DNA of 64,000 nucleotides from an uncultured Bacilli bacterium (GTDB lineage Bacteria; Bacillota_I; Bacilli_A; RF39; UBA660): NCBI GenBank assembly GCA_934086485.1, contig CAKOIF010000004.1, positions 14,777 to 78,776 of the forward strand, read 5' to 3'. Shown piece by piece: positions 19,625 to 28,495 of this stretch (position 1 is its first letter; each line of letters starts with the position of its first letter). The notes under the pieces were generated by a model. It saw only the letters and a program-made list of their open reading frames with translations, ran no database searches and was not told where the DNA came from. The position numbers and the translations under genes were made by a program.

Positions 19625-20326
19625 TTATTTAAAAATATAATTTATAAATATTGGGCCTAATATCAATAGCATCATAAGTGGTAAAAACAAAAGTACTGAA
19701 ACTATAGATATTTTCATAGGCATCTTATTAATGCTTTCTTTAATATCAAGGATTCTCTTATCAGTTAAATAGTTTATTTGATTAGTTAAAGCTCCTTCAA
19801 TACTATTACCAAATTCATTAGCTTCGATAATATTTAATACTACATTGCAAACACTTTTCGAAGGTATTCTTTTCATTAAATCTCTTAAGCCTTCGGTTAA
19901 AGATTTTCCATAACCCACTTCATCAAGCATTCTTTTAAACTCTGTACTTAAATCACTATCAATACTTTTAGCGGTGATACTTATACATAATTTTAAATTT
20001 CTTTCACTTTGAATAGTTAAATTCAATACCTCAAAAAAGAATATTGCATCACTTTCTAGTTTTTTTGCTCTTTTTTTAATTTTAACATCTATACAAACAT
20101 ATTCAAAAAATATATAGAATAAAAATGTTAATATTGGAGCAATAAAATAACCTGAATTAAAGTAATTTATTGAAACTATAAATACTAGTATAGATAAAAC
20201 AATTCTAACTGTTAGAAATTCATTAATATTAATTTTCTTATCATAGGATAAATAATTAAATTTACTTTCTAAGGCTTTAATCGAAGATGTTGAATATATA
20301 TTTTTATAAAAATCATTTACTTTCAT
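19625..20326 (-). CDS. Type II secretion system F-domain protein, TadC-like
   Basis: TM-flanked cytoplasmic domain ...FKRMLDEVGYGKSLTEGLRDLMKRIP...NIIEANEFGNSIEGAL. Follows the TadB-like gene with a 4-nt overlap. Confidence 0.7.
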   Translation of the reverse strand: MKVNDFYKNIYSTSSIKALESKFNYLSYDKKININEFLTVRIVLSILVFIVSINYFNSGYFIAPILTFLFYIFFEYVCIDVKIKKRAKKLESDAIFFFEVLNLTIQSERNLKLCISITAKSIDSDLSTEFKRMLDEVGYGKSLTEGLRDLMKRIPSKSVCNVVLNIIEANEFGNSIEGALTNQINYLTDKRILDIKESINKMPMKISIVSVLLFLPLMMLLILGPIFINYIFK

Positions 20327-21330
20327 ACTTTTTCCACCTTCGTTATTTTCTTAATTGTTATAATATAAATTACATATATAAGTAGAATAAAGAAATCAAT
20401 TATAATACCTATTTTTGTAGTTATTAATACTTTAAAATATTCTTTATTAAGCATTGTAATAACAATTATAAATACAAATGGTATAACCACTAAAATACGA
20501 TAAAGCATTTTACTTGAACTTGTTAAGGAATTAAGTTCATTTTTAATTTTTAATTTATCATAAAAGTGCTTTTCAATCATATTAAATACTGAAACTATAT
20601 TACCACCAGTTTTATTTAAAAGTGATAATGATGATGTAATATATTTAACTTCTTCGACCTTTACTCTATTATAAAATCTTTCAAATACTGTAAGAAGATC
20701 TAGTCCATAATCAATATCTTTAGAAATAATTTCAAATTCCTCTTTTATAGGACTTTCTGTAGAGGTTTTAACAATATTAATTGCTTGCCAAATATTCTTT
20801 CCACTTTTAAAGGCACTATTCATAATTACAATTGCTTGTAAAAGACCTGCTTCAATAGTATTTCTTTTCTTTTTATAAACTATTATTAAAATTATATCTA
20901 TCATAAAAAAGCTTACAAATGAAAGTATTATAAAAAGTGATAGATCAGTCTTAACACCCTTTAAAATAGACATTATTATATAAAGAAAATCAATAAATAT
21001 CATATATAATATTTTAATAGAAACATAATCAATTGAACTTAAATTATTACTTTTATTATAAATTAAATATTTTGAAAGCCTAACAGAATATTTTTTAAGT
21101 ATTACTGACTTACTATTTAATTTAGAAATCCTTTTAATTATTTTTAAAAAGAATATCATTAATTTATCAACAAAACTTATAGTATTATTTTCACTTACAT
21201 TAACTGTAAATTTTTTTAATTTATTTTCTAGTTTTATAGAAAAATATAAACGCACAAAAAGAAATGCACATATTATAAATATAATGCATATACCAAGTAT
21301 TACAATTATTTTTGGTAGCATTTCTTTCAT
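20323..21330 (-). CDS. Type II secretion system F-domain protein, TadB-like
   Basis: ...SGKNIWQAINIVKTSTESPIKEEFEIISKDIDYGLDLLTVFERFYNRV...LLNKTGGNIVSVF with flanking TM segments. Confidence 0.7.
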   Translation of the reverse strand: MKEMLPKIIVILGICIIFIICAFLFVRLYFSIKLENKLKKFTVNVSENNTISFVDKLMIFFLKIIKRISKLNSKSVILKKYSVRLSKYLIYNKSNNLSSIDYVSIKILYMIFIDFLYIIMSILKGVKTDLSLFIILSFVSFFMIDIILIIVYKKKRNTIEAGLLQAIVIMNSAFKSGKNIWQAINIVKTSTESPIKEEFEIISKDIDYGLDLLTVFERFYNRVKVEEVKYITSSLSLLNKTGGNIVSVFNMIEKHFYDKLKIKNELNSLTSSSKMLYRILVVIPFVFIIVITMLNKEYFKVLITTKIGIIIDFFILLIYVIYIITIKKITKVEKV

Positions 21331-21341
21331 ACGAATCCTTT

Positions 21342-22658
21342 CTATTTAAATATTTTTCTTATATCCTTAAAGCCATAACTTTCAAGTCTTTTTATACAAT
21401 TAGGTACTTTTTTACTTACTTTAAAACTTCCATTTACTTCTCCAAGATCTGTAATACCCTCTTGGTTAAAGGTAAATATATCATTAAGCTCTATTTCATC
21501 ACCATTAAAACCTATAATTTCAGATATTCCACTTACTTTTCTTTTACCATCGGAAAGTCTTTCGATATTTATAGTAATATTAATAGCATTATAAATATAC
21601 TCTCTTACTGCTCTAACTGGTAAATCAATATTTGCCATTAAAACCATTGTTTCTAGTCTATGAAGCGCATCTAGATTACCATTTGCGTGCAAGGTTGTTA
21701 AACTTCCTTCATGACCTGTATTCATTGCTTGCAACATATCAAAAGCTTCTTTGCCTCTTACTTCACCAACAATAATTCTATCTGGTCTCATACGAAGTGA
21801 GTTTCTTACTAAATCTCTAATTGTTACTTCCCCACTTTTTTCATAGTTTGTAGTTCTTGTTTCAAGTGTAATAACATGAGGTTGAGAAAGTCTTAGTTCT
21901 GCAGCATCTTCAATAGTTATAATTCTTTCTTTTTCTGGTATAAAACTACTTAAAATATTTAAAAGTGTTGTTTTACCACTTCCTGTTCCTCCGCATACTA
22001 AAATATTAAGTTTTGATTTAACACACGCTTCCAAAAATATTGCCATATCTGGTGTAATAGTTCCAAGTCTTATTAGTTCATCTGCTGAAGAAATACTTGC
22101 TTTAAACTTTCTTATTGTAATAACTGGTCCTTTTGTAGCAAGTGGAGGTATAACTGCATTAATACGTGATCCATCTTTTAAACGAGAGTCTACCATTGGT
22201 GATGATGAATCAATAGTTCTTCCCATTGGTTCAATTAACTTTTGAATTGTTCTAATAATATGTTCATCATTAATAAAGGAAACACTTTCATCCTTAATTA
22301 AATTACCATCAAGTTCAATATATATTTCACTTGGAGAATTTACCATTATTTCAGTTATATTTTCATCCTTTAAAAGTTCTGTTAAAGGTCCATAACCATT
22401 TATCTCATTTTCAATTAAATTATATAAATAATTTCTTTCCATTGAGGTAAGTTCTATACCTACAACAGCTTTATCAATTTCCCTTGAGATAAATGAAGTT
22501 ATATTGTCTTCATTTTTAAGATTTAAATCAATTATATTTTCTACAATTTTAGTTCTTAAACTATCAAGTAAATCTTTATTGGAAAATACTTCATAGTCCA
22601 CTACATTATTATTATTTTTAGTATCATCATATTTAAATACCTCTTTTAAACTACTCAT
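21342..22658 (-). CDS. cpaF: CpaF/TadA-family pilus assembly (secretion) ATPase
   Basis: ILVCGGTGSGKTTLLN (Walker A), RIITIEDAAEL, MRPDRIIVGEVRG, MNTGHEGSLTTLHAN. Start at ATG 22658 after GGAGG. Confidence 0.88.
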   Translation of the reverse strand: MSSLKEVFKYDDTKNNNNVVDYEVFSNKDLLDSLRTKIVENIIDLNLKNEDNITSFISREIDKAVVGIELTSMERNYLYNLIENEINGYGPLTELLKDENITEIMVNSPSEIYIELDGNLIKDESVSFINDEHIIRTIQKLIEPMGRTIDSSSPMVDSRLKDGSRINAVIPPLATKGPVITIRKFKASISSADELIRLGTITPDMAIFLEACVKSKLNILVCGGTGSGKTTLLNILSSFIPEKERIITIEDAAELRLSQPHVITLETRTTNYEKSGEVTIRDLVRNSLRMRPDRIIVGEVRGKEAFDMLQAMNTGHEGSLTTLHANGNLDALHRLETMVLMANIDLPVRAVREYIYNAINITINIERLSDGKRKVSGISEIIGFNGDEIELNDIFTFNQEGITDLGEVNGSFKVSKKVPNCIKRLESYGFKDIRKIFK

Positions 22659-23409
22659 TATTTTCCTCCATATCATTATAAATACTCATAAAAACTTTAT
22701 TTGCTTTAGGATAAATTTTACTAAACTTTTTATCTAATGTAATAATACTTCCATCAAATACAAGTGAATCATAATTTTTCATAAAGAATTTACTAGTTAA
22801 ATTATAATCTACTCCAGTTCCAATCATTTTCTTAATATCATATAAACTATAATAATTTTTATAAGGATTTGTACTTTCATTTAATAATACTTTATAATTT
22901 GTTTTACCAGCAACTTTAAAGATATTAATCATACTACGCATATTTTTAATATTAAGTAAATCATTATTCATCACAAATAAAACATTATCTACATTATCAA
23001 GTAAATCAATATTTACATTAGAACAATCACTATTTGTATCAATTATTATATAATCATATGAATATATACTTTTTTCTAAAATAAATTTAATAAAAGCATC
23101 ATTTATTTTAACTCCTTGTCTTGGATCACTAGAACTTGCTAAAAAAAGTATATTATCATTATATTTAGTTACATAATCACTTATATCAGTAAATTTATTA
23201 TTACTATAATCGCTATATAAATCATATATATTTTTATTACTTTCTTTATTTAATAAAAGACCAATACTTCCAAAAGATAAATCAAAATCTATTATTAAAA
23301 CTTTTTTCTCTTGCATAGCAAAAAAACCACTTAATAAAGTAGCAATACTGCTTTTACCAGTTCCACCTTTCGAAGAAAATAAACATATACTTTTACCCTT
23401 TTTTCCCAT
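22651..23409 (-). CDS. ParA/MinD-like ATPase, TadZ/CpaE-like
   Basis: Deviant Walker A SSKGGTGKSS, then VLIIDFDLSFGS. Position immediately upstream of cpaF. Confidence 0.7.
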   Translation of the reverse strand: MGKKGKSICLFSSKGGTGKSSIATLLSGFFAMQEKKVLIIDFDLSFGSIGLLLNKESNKNIYDLYSDYSNNKFTDISDYVTKYNDNILFLASSSDPRQGVKINDAFIKFILEKSIYSYDYIIIDTNSDCSNVNIDLLDNVDNVLFVMNNDLLNIKNMRSMINIFKVAGKTNYKVLLNESTNPYKNYYSLYDIKKMIGTGVDYNLTSKFFMKNYDSLVFDGSIITLDKKFSKIYPKANKVFMSIYNDMEENNE

Positions 23410-23410
23410 A

Positions 23411-23776
23411 CTAGCCTCTTTGGTATTTTATTTTACCATTTTCCTTAACCCCTGTTATATTAATATCAATGTCATAAGAAGATTTATTAATTAATTTTCC
23501 AAGTAAACTAGGAATACTTGTTTTAAATGAAATATTATAGCCTAAAGAATTATCAATCTTTAAATCTTTAACATCAATATCATTATCTTTATACATATTT
23601 ATTATATCAAATAAATTATCATTTGAATAGTTTTTTGCAATAATAGTTTTAGTAACTGAATATATTTTATGTTTATTATATGCTATATAACTTACCTCAA
23701 TTAAATAAGAAAATAGTGTTATCATAATTGGTATACATATTATAAATAGCACTAATACTTGTCCTTTTTTATTCAT
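23411..23776 (-). CDS. TadG/TadE-like pseudopilin-type protein
   Basis: MNKKGQVLVLFIICIPIMITLFSYLIEVSY: basic N-terminus, G, then a hydrophobic helix. The ATG at 23776 overlaps the upstream stop (ATGAATAA). Confidence 0.55.
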   Translation of the reverse strand: MNKKGQVLVLFIICIPIMITLFSYLIEVSYIAYNKHKIYSVTKTIIAKNYSNDNLFDIINMYKDNDIDVKDLKIDNSLGYNISFKTSIPSLLGKLINKSSYDIDINITGVKENGKIKYQRG

Positions 23777-24068
23777 AAACAATCCTTTTTACAGTAACAT
23801 TATATTTATTACCAGTTACTACACTTACTACAGGACTATATATTTCTATATCTTTACTTACAACATATTCAGTTCCTTTATTAACTCTATTTTTAGTTAC
23901 ATTTACATCAGAGTAAGTATTATCATCAAGTATAACATCTTCGATTATACCCTCTAATTTACTTTTCTCACTATATATTCTTACGCAATCAAAAACGGCC
24001 AACATCATCATTATAAATATTGGTAATATAATTATAAATTCAATTAATGCTTGCCCTTTTTTATTCAT
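23769..24068 (-). CDS. TadE-like protein
   Basis: MNKKGQALIEFIIILPIFIMMMLAVFDCVRIY matches the TadE N-terminal signature (G-x4-EF followed by a hydrophobic helix). Confidence 0.65.
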   Translation of the reverse strand: MNKKGQALIEFIIILPIFIMMMLAVFDCVRIYSEKSKLEGIIEDVILDDNTYSDVNVTKNRVNKGTEYVVSKDIEIYSPVVSVVTGNKYNVTVKRIVYE

Positions 24069-24128
24069 ATTTTCCTTTCTATTTTTTAAGCTTTACAAAT
24101 TCTTTGTTGACTTCTCAAAATCGGCAAT

Positions 24129-24152
24129 GCGGGGCGGATACTGCCACCACGC
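24129..24152 (-). terminator. GC-rich hairpin between the giant gene and the tad genes (possible partial terminator or processing site)
   Basis: Minus strand GCGUGGUGGcaguauCCGCCCCGC: 9-bp stem with one mismatch and one G-U, then AUUGCCGAUUUUG. Pairing is better on the minus-strand RNA than on the plus strand. Confidence 0.4.
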
Positions 24153-24172
24153 ACATTACCATAGTTCTTAAC

Positions 24173-27100
24173 TTACCCAACGCGATATGCGTTATCCTTA
24201 GTACCCAAACCTCCCACAATTTTTAGGACACTAGAATCTAGATAAAACGTAGGACGAACCGCCAACATGCCGTTGGCAACGCTATTGTTACCATATGGGC
24301 TCACTGACCCTGATGAATTCAAATAAGCAGCACTACTTGAATACGAAGCATTCGGGGAAATTAACCATTCTGCATTATTTACAAAACTGCTTTGTGACTT
24401 AAATAACCAATCATTATTTTTACAATCACTAAATGATGAACTATACCAACTATATAATTTTGTTGTTCTACAATTTGTCTTACTAGTTGTACTACCGCCA
24501 ACTGTTGCATATCCATAATCACTTGGATACATTAGTCCAATCTTTGCATATAAACTTGCTGGATTACTACTATATATTGCACTTGTATTTCTTTCTTCTG
24601 TATAAATACCTTCAGTAGTCAATGTTTGGTAATTCGATGAACTTGCACCACCTAAATGCCATTTTGCATTTGCTATTCCACTAGATAATTTACTATTTAC
24701 TCCACTTGTGGCAAGAAGTGTTCTTAAGTACAAGTCATTAAGTTCTGTTTTCAATGTTGCTGTAGACCAGTCATTATAATTTTTACTGCTAGTTTGTGTT
24801 TGATTCCAATACTTTCCACTTGTTCCTCCATAGTTATTTGTATCTATTACTTTTAATAGTTTTTTTGAACCACTACTAGAGGTTCCATTACTTGATGTGT
24901 CTTCATCAAATAAGCCTATTATTCTAAAAAGTAATGAACTATCTGAACAAGTACCACTTGTTTTATTATCTAAACATATATAATTATTTGGATCTGCTCC
25001 TTCATATCTTAAACCATTTTCAGGAAATATATCAGTATTATTTGCCGCAAAGACTGTATCAAAAGATTTACTAGAAGAAGTATCCTCTGTAGAATTGCCA
25101 TCTACAACTGTATAAACATCATTGTATGTTCCACTGCCTGATAACTTGGCTTTAGAGGATAGAGAAACGACAGGACGGGCGCCATAAAGGCTATTCACAC
25201 CAGAATTATAATACAAATAGCCCGATGAATTTACATAAAACTCATCAGCATACGTACCGGAAGAGAAATAAGAAGGCGACCCCAACCAATAATTTTGGTT
25301 TGTATACAAGTAATAAGAACTATTGCCTGTTGCCCATTTTCCACCAGCCATTGCTACTTCATCAGCTGTTATTAATCCTACTGGATATTCTAATGTTTTA
25401 TTTCCTATACTTCCACCTTTTGATGTAAATTTATCACTTTCTTCGGGACAAGTTAATATTGGTTTTTTATTACTATTTAATCTTTCATATGCACTATAGT
25501 AATATGAAGCACCGACAGATGATGCACTTCTATCATTACAGAATATTTGGTCTTGTGATATTAATGCATTATCTTTTAATGTTGTCCCAGCATACCAATT
25601 TTCTATTGCTTGTTTTATAGTACTTGGTGTACTATTTCCATGTTGCTGTCCCTCCGTATACATATAGCCCACATATTGTGCTTTATTATAATTACTATTA
25701 AATTTATATGTTGTTGCATTGATTTGAGTACCTGTTCCAGTCATTACTGTTGCTGTACCACTTTCTGGTTTTGATGTTCCTGTATATATCATTCTTATAC
25801 TGCCATCACCATTTATTCTTATTATTCTCCAGTATATATCTTCCCCATTGCTATCTTTACCAAATTTTACCCAGTTATTATCTACTGCTCCTCTAAAATA
25901 ATATGATTTCATTCCTGTTGTTGCAGTATAATCATCGTCAGCTGCATACATACCTTCATTCGTTGTTGCAACTTTACTAAAATCTGGTGTTGTTTCATGT
26001 ACTGTATTATTTGCTAGTATTGTTTCATAACCCTTTTTTTCAACTTCAAATACATTATTCCAAGTTCCATCTCCTGTTAATTTAGCTTCAGAGGATAAAC
26101 TTATAACAGGACGGACACCACTACTAGCATTCACACCACTAGTATTAACAGTACCCGAAGAATTTACAACAAACTCACGAGCATCTCCTCTTGAAAAGAA
26201 ATTATAAGGCGACCCCGACCAATAAAATTGGTTTGTATAGAGATAATATGAAGTATTAATTGAACTATTATCAGCGCCAAATACTCCACCAGCCATTGCT
26301 ACTTCATCCGCTGTTATAAGTCCTACTGGATATGTTAATGCACCATTTCCATTACTTGTATTTACTGTGAATTTATCACTTGCTGTTGGACATGTTAATA
26401 TTGTATTTTGTGTTAATCTTCCATATGCTCCATAGGAATAATTTGCTCCAGTTGATGTCCAAGCAGCTGTTTGTGTAGATGATGGACTTCTATCATTGCA
26501 AAATATTTGATCTGCTACTAAATTTTTTGTTGCACTATCTGTTTCTAATGTTGTTGTTTTATACCAATTATCTACTGTTGTTTTTATAGTGCTTGGTGTA
26601 CTTGATGTACTATTTCCATGTTGCTGCCCAGATGTATACATATATCCTACATATTCTGCTTTATCTCTGCTACTATTAAATGCACTTGTACCTATTTGAG
26701 TACCTGTTCCTGTCATTACTACTTTAGTACTTTCTGTTGGTGCTGTTGTTCCTGTATATATCATTCTTATTGAGCCATCACCATTTATTCTTATTATTCT
26801 CCAGTATATATCTTTTCCACTGCTATCTTTACCAAATTTTACCCAATTATTGTCTACCGCCCCTCTGAAATAGTATGATGTTCCTAAATCATCTTGTGCT
26901 TTAAATAAACCCTCATTAGTTGTTGCAATTTGATTAAAATCTGGGATTTCACTATTAACTACTAACTCAGTACTTCCTAATTTAATAGTTTCTTTTTTAT
27001 AATCAAAATATAAATAGCATCTATCACTACCTATAAAGTTAAGAGATACTGTACCTGTAGCACTATTATAATTTGTAACTTTACCATTATTTTCACAATA

Positions 27101-27325
27101 TGTTTTTTCTTCATTTAAAACATAGTTACCTTTAGGTATATCTTTTGAATTTGATTGTACATAATCAGTTGCACCTTTTTCTTTAATCATAATAGCCATT
27201 CCTTTTGAAATAGTATTATATTCTTTTTTATATTTATTATCTTTTGATTTATAAATACTTGAAAGTGTTATAACAGATATAACCAACACTAAAATAAATG
27301 ATAAATATATAATTTTCTTTTTCAT
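24173..27325 (-). CDS. Large surface or secreted protein (1050 aa) with three related ~300-aa modules
   Basis: N-terminal signal anchor. Modules cover about residues 125-428, 444-740 and 760-1035. Each ends in a Y-W-x-G/S-SP ... G-x-RP-x-x-x-L signature (GVRPVISLSS, GARPVVSLSS, LAVRPTFYLDSS). From memory this resembles the DUF6273-type module common in Firmicutes surface proteins. Confidence 0.75.
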   Translation of the reverse strand: MKKKIIYLSFILVLVISVITLSSIYKSKDNKYKKEYNTISKGMAIMIKEKGATDYVQSNSKDIPKGNYVLNEEKTYCENNGKVTNYNSATGTVSLNFIGSDRCYLYFDYKKETIKLGSTELVVNSEIPDFNQIATTNEGLFKAQDDLGTSYYFRGAVDNNWVKFGKDSSGKDIYWRIIRINGDGSIRMIYTGTTAPTESTKVVMTGTGTQIGTSAFNSSRDKAEYVGYMYTSGQQHGNSTSSTPSTIKTTVDNWYKTTTLETDSATKNLVADQIFCNDRSPSSTQTAAWTSTGANYSYGAYGRLTQNTILTCPTASDKFTVNTSNGNGALTYPVGLITADEVAMAGGVFGADNSSINTSYYLYTNQFYWSGSPYNFFSRGDAREFVVNSSGTVNTSGVNASSGVRPVISLSSEAKLTGDGTWNNVFEVEKKGYETILANNTVHETTPDFSKVATTNEGMYAADDDYTATTGMKSYYFRGAVDNNWVKFGKDSNGEDIYWRIIRINGDGSIRMIYTGTSKPESGTATVMTGTGTQINATTYKFNSNYNKAQYVGYMYTEGQQHGNSTPSTIKQAIENWYAGTTLKDNALISQDQIFCNDRSASSVGASYYYSAYERLNSNKKPILTCPEESDKFTSKGGSIGNKTLEYPVGLITADEVAMAGGKWATGNSSYYLYTNQNYWLGSPSYFSSGTYADEFYVNSSGYLYYNSGVNSLYGARPVVSLSSKAKLSGSGTYNDVYTVVDGNSTEDTSSSKSFDTVFAANNTDIFPENGLRYEGADPNNYICLDNKTSGTCSDSSLLFRIIGLFDEDTSSNGTSSSGSKKLLKVIDTNNYGGTSGKYWNQTQTSSKNYNDWSTATLKTELNDLYLRTLLATSGVNSKLSSGIANAKWHLGGASSSNYQTLTTEGIYTEERNTSAIYSSNPASLYAKIGLMYPSDYGYATVGGSTTSKTNCRTTKLYSWYSSSFSDCKNNDWLFKSQSSFVNNAEWLISPNASYSSSAAYLNSSGSVSPYGNNSVANGMLAVRPTFYLDSSVLKIVGGLGTKDNAYRVG
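25106..26953 (-). repeat. Tandem intragenic duplication (two units, period about 972 nt)
   Basis: YYFRGAVDNNWVKFGKDS.G.DIYWRIIRINGDGSIRMIYTGT occurs at residues 151 and 475. DNA around 25780-25910 versus 26740-26880 is near-identical over more than 100 nt. Confidence 0.85.
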
Positions 27326-27455
27326 TGTTTCCCTCTATTCTATAAATAGAATACCACATTTAAAGGCAAAAAAAAAGTAATATTTTTTAGAAATTACTTA
27401 ATATATTAATTTTCAGTTACAATTTATTAAATAATTTTTATACAAACATTTGTTA

Positions 27456-27484
27456 TTGACATAAATTCTAACTGATGGTATCAT
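27456..27484 (+). promoter_or_regulatory. Consensus promoter of small-ORF transcript, copy 1
   Basis: TTGACA (27456-27461), 17 nt, TGgTATCAT (extended -10, hexamer 27479-27484). About 40 nt around it is nearly identical to 29612-29640. Confidence 0.65.
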
Positions 27485-27567
27485 TATTATAGGAAGCCAA
27501 AGTAAAGCGGGCGCTACCACTACTTACAATCAAGGTTAGAAATAATCAAAAAAGGAGTTGGTGATCA

Positions 27568-27651
27568 ATGACATTAAAATTCAAAAATGACCTACTTATA
27601 ATTATTATTTTCATCTTATGTGTCATTATTGCAACTCTTGTTTTAAATTAA
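27568..27651 (+). CDS. 27-aa hydrophobic peptide (candidate type I toxin-like small membrane protein)
   Basis: ATG preceded by AAAAGGAGttggtgatca. Peptide MTLKFKNDLLIIIIFILCVIIATLVLN. Below the ORF-track size cutoff, so found by eye. Confidence 0.5.
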   Translation: MTLKFKNDLLIIIIFILCVIIATLVLN

Positions 27652-27770
27652 AATGCGCCTTAATCTATATTTGCTTATAGATTAAAGCGACTATCTCTAA
27701 ACAGGTAGCGCTCGCAAAGAGTTTACGAGTAAGCTTCCTTTTTTATTTTATGTAAGTTTTTCTCTTACAT
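27645..27770 (-). ncRNA. Candidate cis-antisense sRNA, copy 1 (~125 nt)
   Basis: Promoter TTGAAA(27803-27798)-17-TGcTATATT(27780-27775). 5' hairpin AUGUAAG/CUUACAU (27770-27750). Conserved GCGAGCGCUACC box. Terminator hairpin 27689-27655 followed by a U-rich run. Overlaps the ORF stop codon. Confidence 0.55.
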
Positions 27771-27814
27771 ACTTAATATAGCATATTTTATTATTTTTTT
27801 CAATTGATTTTGAG

Positions 27815-28495
27815 TTAATTTATTACTTTAGAAATTTCATTTATTACTTTCTTTTCAATTCTTGAGATATAACTTTGAGATATACCTAGCATATTAGCAA
27901 CTTCTTTTTGAGTATATTCCTTTGTATTATTTAAGCCATACCTAAGCATCATAATTTCTTTATCTCTTTTTGAAAGATTATTTATTTCATTTGCTAAAAA
28001 CTCTCTATTCATTTTATCTTGGAACTGTCTATCAACAATATCTTCTTCGGTGCCTACTACATCAGAAAGTTTTAGTTCATTACCTTCAGCATCATAATTT
28101 AATGTATCATCTAAAGAAACATCATTTTTACTTTTTTTATTTTTGCGAATATGCATAAGTATTTCATTAGAAATACACCTTGAGGCATAAGTAGCAAGTT
28201 TAATATTCTTATCTATTTTATATGTATTAATACCTTTGATTAAACCAATAGATCCAATTGATACTAAATCTTCGATATCATAACCAGTTGTTTCATATTT
28301 TTTAGCAAGAAATACGACTAATCTTAAATTATGTTCAATAAGTTTATCTTTTGCATAATTATCTCCGGATTTAGCAAGAACTAAATATTTAAGTTCTTCC
28401 TCTTTAGAAAGTGGTGGTGGAAGTTTATCTGTAGCTCCCACGAAAAAAACTTCTTCATACTTTAAAAATAATTTTAATAAAAGTCTTTTAAACAT
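27815..28495 (-). CDS. sigE: Sporulation sigma factor SigE (pro-sigma-E)
   Basis: Pro-sequence followed by LPPPLSKEEE, EHNLRLVVFLAKKY, IEDLVSIGSIGLIKGINTY, KLATYASRCISNEILMHIRK. Start at the second ATG after AAAGGAGG. Overlaps the spoIIGA stop. Confidence 0.9.
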   Translation of the reverse strand: MFKRLLLKLFLKYEEVFFVGATDKLPPPLSKEEELKYLVLAKSGDNYAKDKLIEHNLRLVVFLAKKYETTGYDIEDLVSIGSIGLIKGINTYKIDKNIKLATYASRCISNEILMHIRKNKKSKNDVSLDDTLNYDAEGNELKLSDVVGTEEDIVDRQFQDKMNREFLANEINNLSKRDKEIMMLRYGLNNTKEYTQKEVANMLGISQSYISRIEKKVINEISKVIN

